DNA from: Candidatus Thorarchaeota archaeon
Lineage (GTDB): Archaea; Asgardarchaeota; Thorarchaeia; Thorarchaeales; Thorarchaeaceae
Length of the DNA: 64,000 nucleotides
Reading direction: 5' to 3'
NCBI GenBank assembly: GCA_019057475.1
Contig: DXJO01000020.1
Span: forward strand, 32,001-96,000
Part shown: piece after piece, positions 60,915 through 64,000 of the stretch
How the letters are laid out: the number at the start of each line of letters is the position of its first letter
How positions within the stretch are numbered: position 1 is the stretch's first letter
Notes under the pieces: generated by a model
The model's input: only the letters and a program-made list of their open reading frames with translations
Databases searched by the model: none
What the model was told of the DNA's origin: nothing
Position numbers and translations under genes: made by a program

Positions 60915-61975
60915 GTAACGGGCAGAACTCCTCCATTACAACCCGGAATATCGTCACAGTAGCCATTTTGGCCTCTTTGGGAGGCTCACTTAGTACGTTT
61001 GTTGGTTACTTGGGAAATCTAATCAATCTAAGCCTTGGAGTACCCTTTGGGGCAGGTCAGTTTATGGCGGGTCTTCACGTCTTCTGGTTGATTCTCATTC
61101 GAGTAATTGTTGCCAAGCGTGGAACGGGCACGATGGGGGGGCTTCTGAAAGGACTAGTTGAGCTGTTCACTGGTAGCACACATGGATTAGTGATAGTTGC
61201 AGTTTCAATGGTTCAAGGTCTTCTCATCGACTTGGGGGCGGAGATTGCTGGAACCCCACACAATAACAGCAATATTTCCAGGCTAACGTGGTGGCTGAGC
61301 GCAGGAGTTGCAGCTGCGTCGAATGTGTTTGTGCTCCAAGCATTCTACTTCTCAGGCGCACATTGGATCCTTCTTACTGTAATCGCGCTCTTGGCTTTCT
61401 GCTCAGGTGTAATCTTTGCTGGGTACTTCGCTTGGGAAACATTGGAATTCCTCAAGGACTCGAGAGTTCTGTCGAACAGCTTCTCAAGTACAAGTCCCTT
61501 TCCAGTGTCTAGAAAGAGAGTCACATATCGTAATTTACCTGCAATTGCCCTCATTATCTTCATCACAGTTGGTTCTCTATACTACACCGTTGCTGTTGCA
61601 CAGGTTTTCTCCGATCCTTACAGCTGTAAAGTCACAGGTCTAGTGGAGAATCCTTACACTTACAGTCCACAAGCATTCGTTGGACAGGAGGTAACAGTGC
61701 AAGCAGAGCTTCAAGGCGTGAACATTCACCTTGATCCAGCCAACTACACCGGTATTCTGCTAAGTACAATACTTGAAGCCGCCATACCGATGGCAGAAAC
61801 TACTGGCGTGCGGATTGTGGCACGCGATGGATACACAATCCTTCTCGATCTTGATGAAGTCATGACTGATACTCATCTGTTGCTCACCGAGGTTGAAGAC
61901 GGACTTTGGCTGATTGCAAGCAACTACGATGGAGCTCTCTGGATTCGGATGGTAATTACTCTTGAGGTATACTAG
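60911..61975 (+). CDS. ECF transporter S component fused to molybdopterin-oxidoreductase-like domain
   Basis: Multi-TM, GLHVFW..KRG.G..KGLVE; YTGILL..ARDGY..WIRMV. Confidence 0.75.
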   Translation: MSNGQNSSITTRNIVTVAILASLGGSLSTFVGYLGNLINLSLGVPFGAGQFMAGLHVFWLILIRVIVAKRGTGTMGGLLKGLVELFTGSTHGLVIVAVSMVQGLLIDLGAEIAGTPHNNSNISRLTWWLSAGVAAASNVFVLQAFYFSGAHWILLTVIALLAFCSGVIFAGYFAWETLEFLKDSRVLSNSFSSTSPFPVSRKRVTYRNLPAIALIIFITVGSLYYTVAVAQVFSDPYSCKVTGLVENPYTYSPQAFVGQEVTVQAELQGVNIHLDPANYTGILLSTILEAAIPMAETTGVRIVARDGYTILLDLDEVMTDTHLLLTEVEDGLWLIASNYDGALWIRMVITLEVY

Positions 61976-61987
61976 GCGATTGAAGAA

Positions 61988-63442
61988 ATGCTGGAAGTAC
62001 ATGATGTAAGCTTCTCATATGATAACGAGAAGTTGATACTAGACTCGGTGAACCTTCAGATACGTCGTGGAGAAATTACAGTGATTACCGGCCCCACGGG
62101 CTCGGGCAAGTCCACACTGGCTCTGGCTCTTGCAGGATTTATACCGAGAGTCATCGAAGGGGCCTTCACAGGTTCACTTCTTATCGACGGCGAAAATGTA
62201 GAGAAATATCTGATTTCTGAGATTGCACGCAAGGTAGCTCTAGTACAGCAGGACCCAGAGAGTCAAATCAGCACACTCCTTGTTTCCGACGAGGTAGCTT
62301 TTGGGCCTGAAAACTACTCTGTAGCGCCCTCAGAGATACAGAAACGAGTTGAGGTGTTTCTCAATGCAGTTAAATCGTCACACCTTGCGAATCGTCCTAC
62401 GTATGCCCTATCTGGGGGGGAAAAACAACGTGTCACTATCGCTTCAATGTTGGCAGGTAAACCTGACTTCCTACTACTGGATGAACCATCAGCAAGTCTA
62501 GATCCAAAAGGGATACAACAGCTCCAGAAGGTCCTACTTGGTTTCAAGAACAGTGGATACGGGATTCTCTGCATCGAGCACCGTCTGGCAACAATCCTAC
62601 CCGTAGCGGACCGAGTACTACGGCTCTCTAAGGGTAAAATCAGCAGGTGGAGCGGCAAAACCAGTTCTGCAAAAACTACTCCAGTTGAGCATTTCCGACG
62701 GCCAGACTCTGCAGAACCATTACTAATAGCCAAGGGCGTAAGTTACTCCTACGGGACTATCAGTGCAGTTCGAGATGTAACATTGAGCGTTTATCCTGGA
62801 GAAATAGTAGCCCTTATGGGCGACAACGGTTCGGGAAAATCCACTTTAGTTAACCTACTGGCTGGGCTGTTGCATTCAACTGACGGAATTACCTACATAG
62901 ATGGTGTTCCGTCTATCGAAATGGCTGCACAGGATGTCGCAGCAAGAGTTGCAGTTGTGTTTCAGAATCCAAATCATCAAATCTTCGAGCGCACAGTTCA
63001 GAGGGAACAATACTTGATTTTCGATGTACTAGACTCACTGGATGAAGCCCCTTCAGAGAGGCCCGAGGAGGTTCTATTGGCTGCAGGCCTTGCAAATCTA
63101 AAGGAACGAAACCCGTTCTCTTTGAGTCATGGCCAGAAGAGAAGGCTCAATGTCAGCTCTGTGACGGTTCACGAGCCGCTTGTGTATCTCTTTGATGAAC
63201 CATTCATAGGCCAAGATGAGATAGGTCGAAACTTCATCACACAAACTATTCGGAAACGGGGTGAGAGCGGTGGCGCAGCCATATTGGTGACGCACGATTC
63301 CTCAGTAGCAACTAGTCTTTGTAACCGCATAATCTTCATGGAACGAGGATCAGTTCTGTTAGATGGCCCGCCAAAGATAGTGCTAGACCGACTAGGGGAG
63401 ATAGGATATGGCGAATATGCAGATTTGGGGGTGATGTCCTAA
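61988..63442 (+). CDS. ECF transporter double ABC ATPase
   Basis: Two GxxGSGKST, QDPESQ/QNPNHQ, LSGGEKQR, LSHGQKRR. Confidence 0.92.
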   Translation: MLEVHDVSFSYDNEKLILDSVNLQIRRGEITVITGPTGSGKSTLALALAGFIPRVIEGAFTGSLLIDGENVEKYLISEIARKVALVQQDPESQISTLLVSDEVAFGPENYSVAPSEIQKRVEVFLNAVKSSHLANRPTYALSGGEKQRVTIASMLAGKPDFLLLDEPSASLDPKGIQQLQKVLLGFKNSGYGILCIEHRLATILPVADRVLRLSKGKISRWSGKTSSAKTTPVEHFRRPDSAEPLLIAKGVSYSYGTISAVRDVTLSVYPGEIVALMGDNGSGKSTLVNLLAGLLHSTDGITYIDGVPSIEMAAQDVAARVAVVFQNPNHQIFERTVQREQYLIFDVLDSLDEAPSERPEEVLLAAGLANLKERNPFSLSHGQKRRLNVSSVTVHEPLVYLFDEPFIGQDEIGRNFITQTIRKRGESGGAAILVTHDSSVATSLCNRIIFMERGSVLLDGPPKIVLDRLGEIGYGEYADLGVMS

Positions 63443-64000
63443 TTGACGATTGAGCACCAGTCCACCGAAAGCGGTAGTATGCTGCACAGACTCAATCCAT
63501 CATTGAAGTTGGCTGGCCTTATCATCATCACAACAGGAATACTGATCTATCCAAGCTGGCGGTTCAGCGGCCTTCTGCTCCTCCTGACTATCCTTGGATT
63601 CAAAGTTTCCAATGTACCTCTGCACGTGAGCAAGAAGCGAATCCATTTTCTTATGGCTTTCTCAGCATTGCTTTTTATTTTTCAAGTGCTGATGACTGCA
63701 AATGGCACTATTCTGCTATTCATAATTCCAAAACATGATCTCATGGGACCGTTCCTACCAGTGACAGACTTCGGGATAGAGAAAGGGTTTCAGATGTCCT
63801 TGAGATTCTTGCTTGTTGTGTTTTCTAGTATGCTGTTCGTATCGGTGACTGATCCGACTCTTCTTGCTCATTCACTCACTAGGCTTAAGATTCCCTACAG
63901 ATACAGCTTTGCGCTCGTAATCGCGCTGAGGTTTCTCCCACTCTTTGACATGGAGAATAAGACGGTCAGAATAGCACAGAGGTCTAGAGGAATCTCAATC
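63443..64000 (+). CDS. ECF transporter T component (3' truncated; not in ORF track)
   Basis: Manual translation: SMLHRLNPSLKL..TDP..ALRFLP..AQRSRG. Confidence 0.88.
   Translation, partial: MTIEHQSTESGSMLHRLNPSLKLAGLIIITTGILIYPSWRFSGLLLLLTILGFKVSNVPLHVSKKRIHFLMAFSALLFIFQVLMTANGTILLFIIPKHDLMGPFLPVTDFGIEKGFQMSLRFLLVVFSSMLFVSVTDPTLLAHSLTRLKIPYRYSFALVIALRFLPLFDMENKTVRIAQRSRGISI

Overview
Archaeal chromosomal window, most likely an Asgard archaeon (Thorarchaeia-like; inferred from an Rpb8-like Rpo8, TFE/MBF1/PAN/NAC cluster, GatDE, LRR protein and gene styles, not from a database search). Mostly housekeeping genes, seven intact CCA-encoding tRNAs (two with introns) and one truncated tRNA. Two regions stand out. 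(1) 18.9-34.6 kb looks like a replication-origin region with no orc1/cdc6 gene: two ORB-containing intergenic regions, three families of repeated DNA motifs (TTGTGAAT, GAACAnnTGTTC, and TGTAATAC x12 over ~12 kb), several orphan DNA-binding-type genes, and an ExeA-like AAA+ ATPase plus ribbon-helix-helix operon, together a candidate segregation/origin-control system. (2) 41.2-43.6 kb holds a TnpB-family nuclease with a Fanzor-type rearranged RuvC site. Its ORF is enclosed by long-range complementary sequences including a box C/D-like K-turn, and it lies beside a truncated tRNA-Val and an intact tRNA-Val with a different acceptor stem. All motif counts were made by eye.
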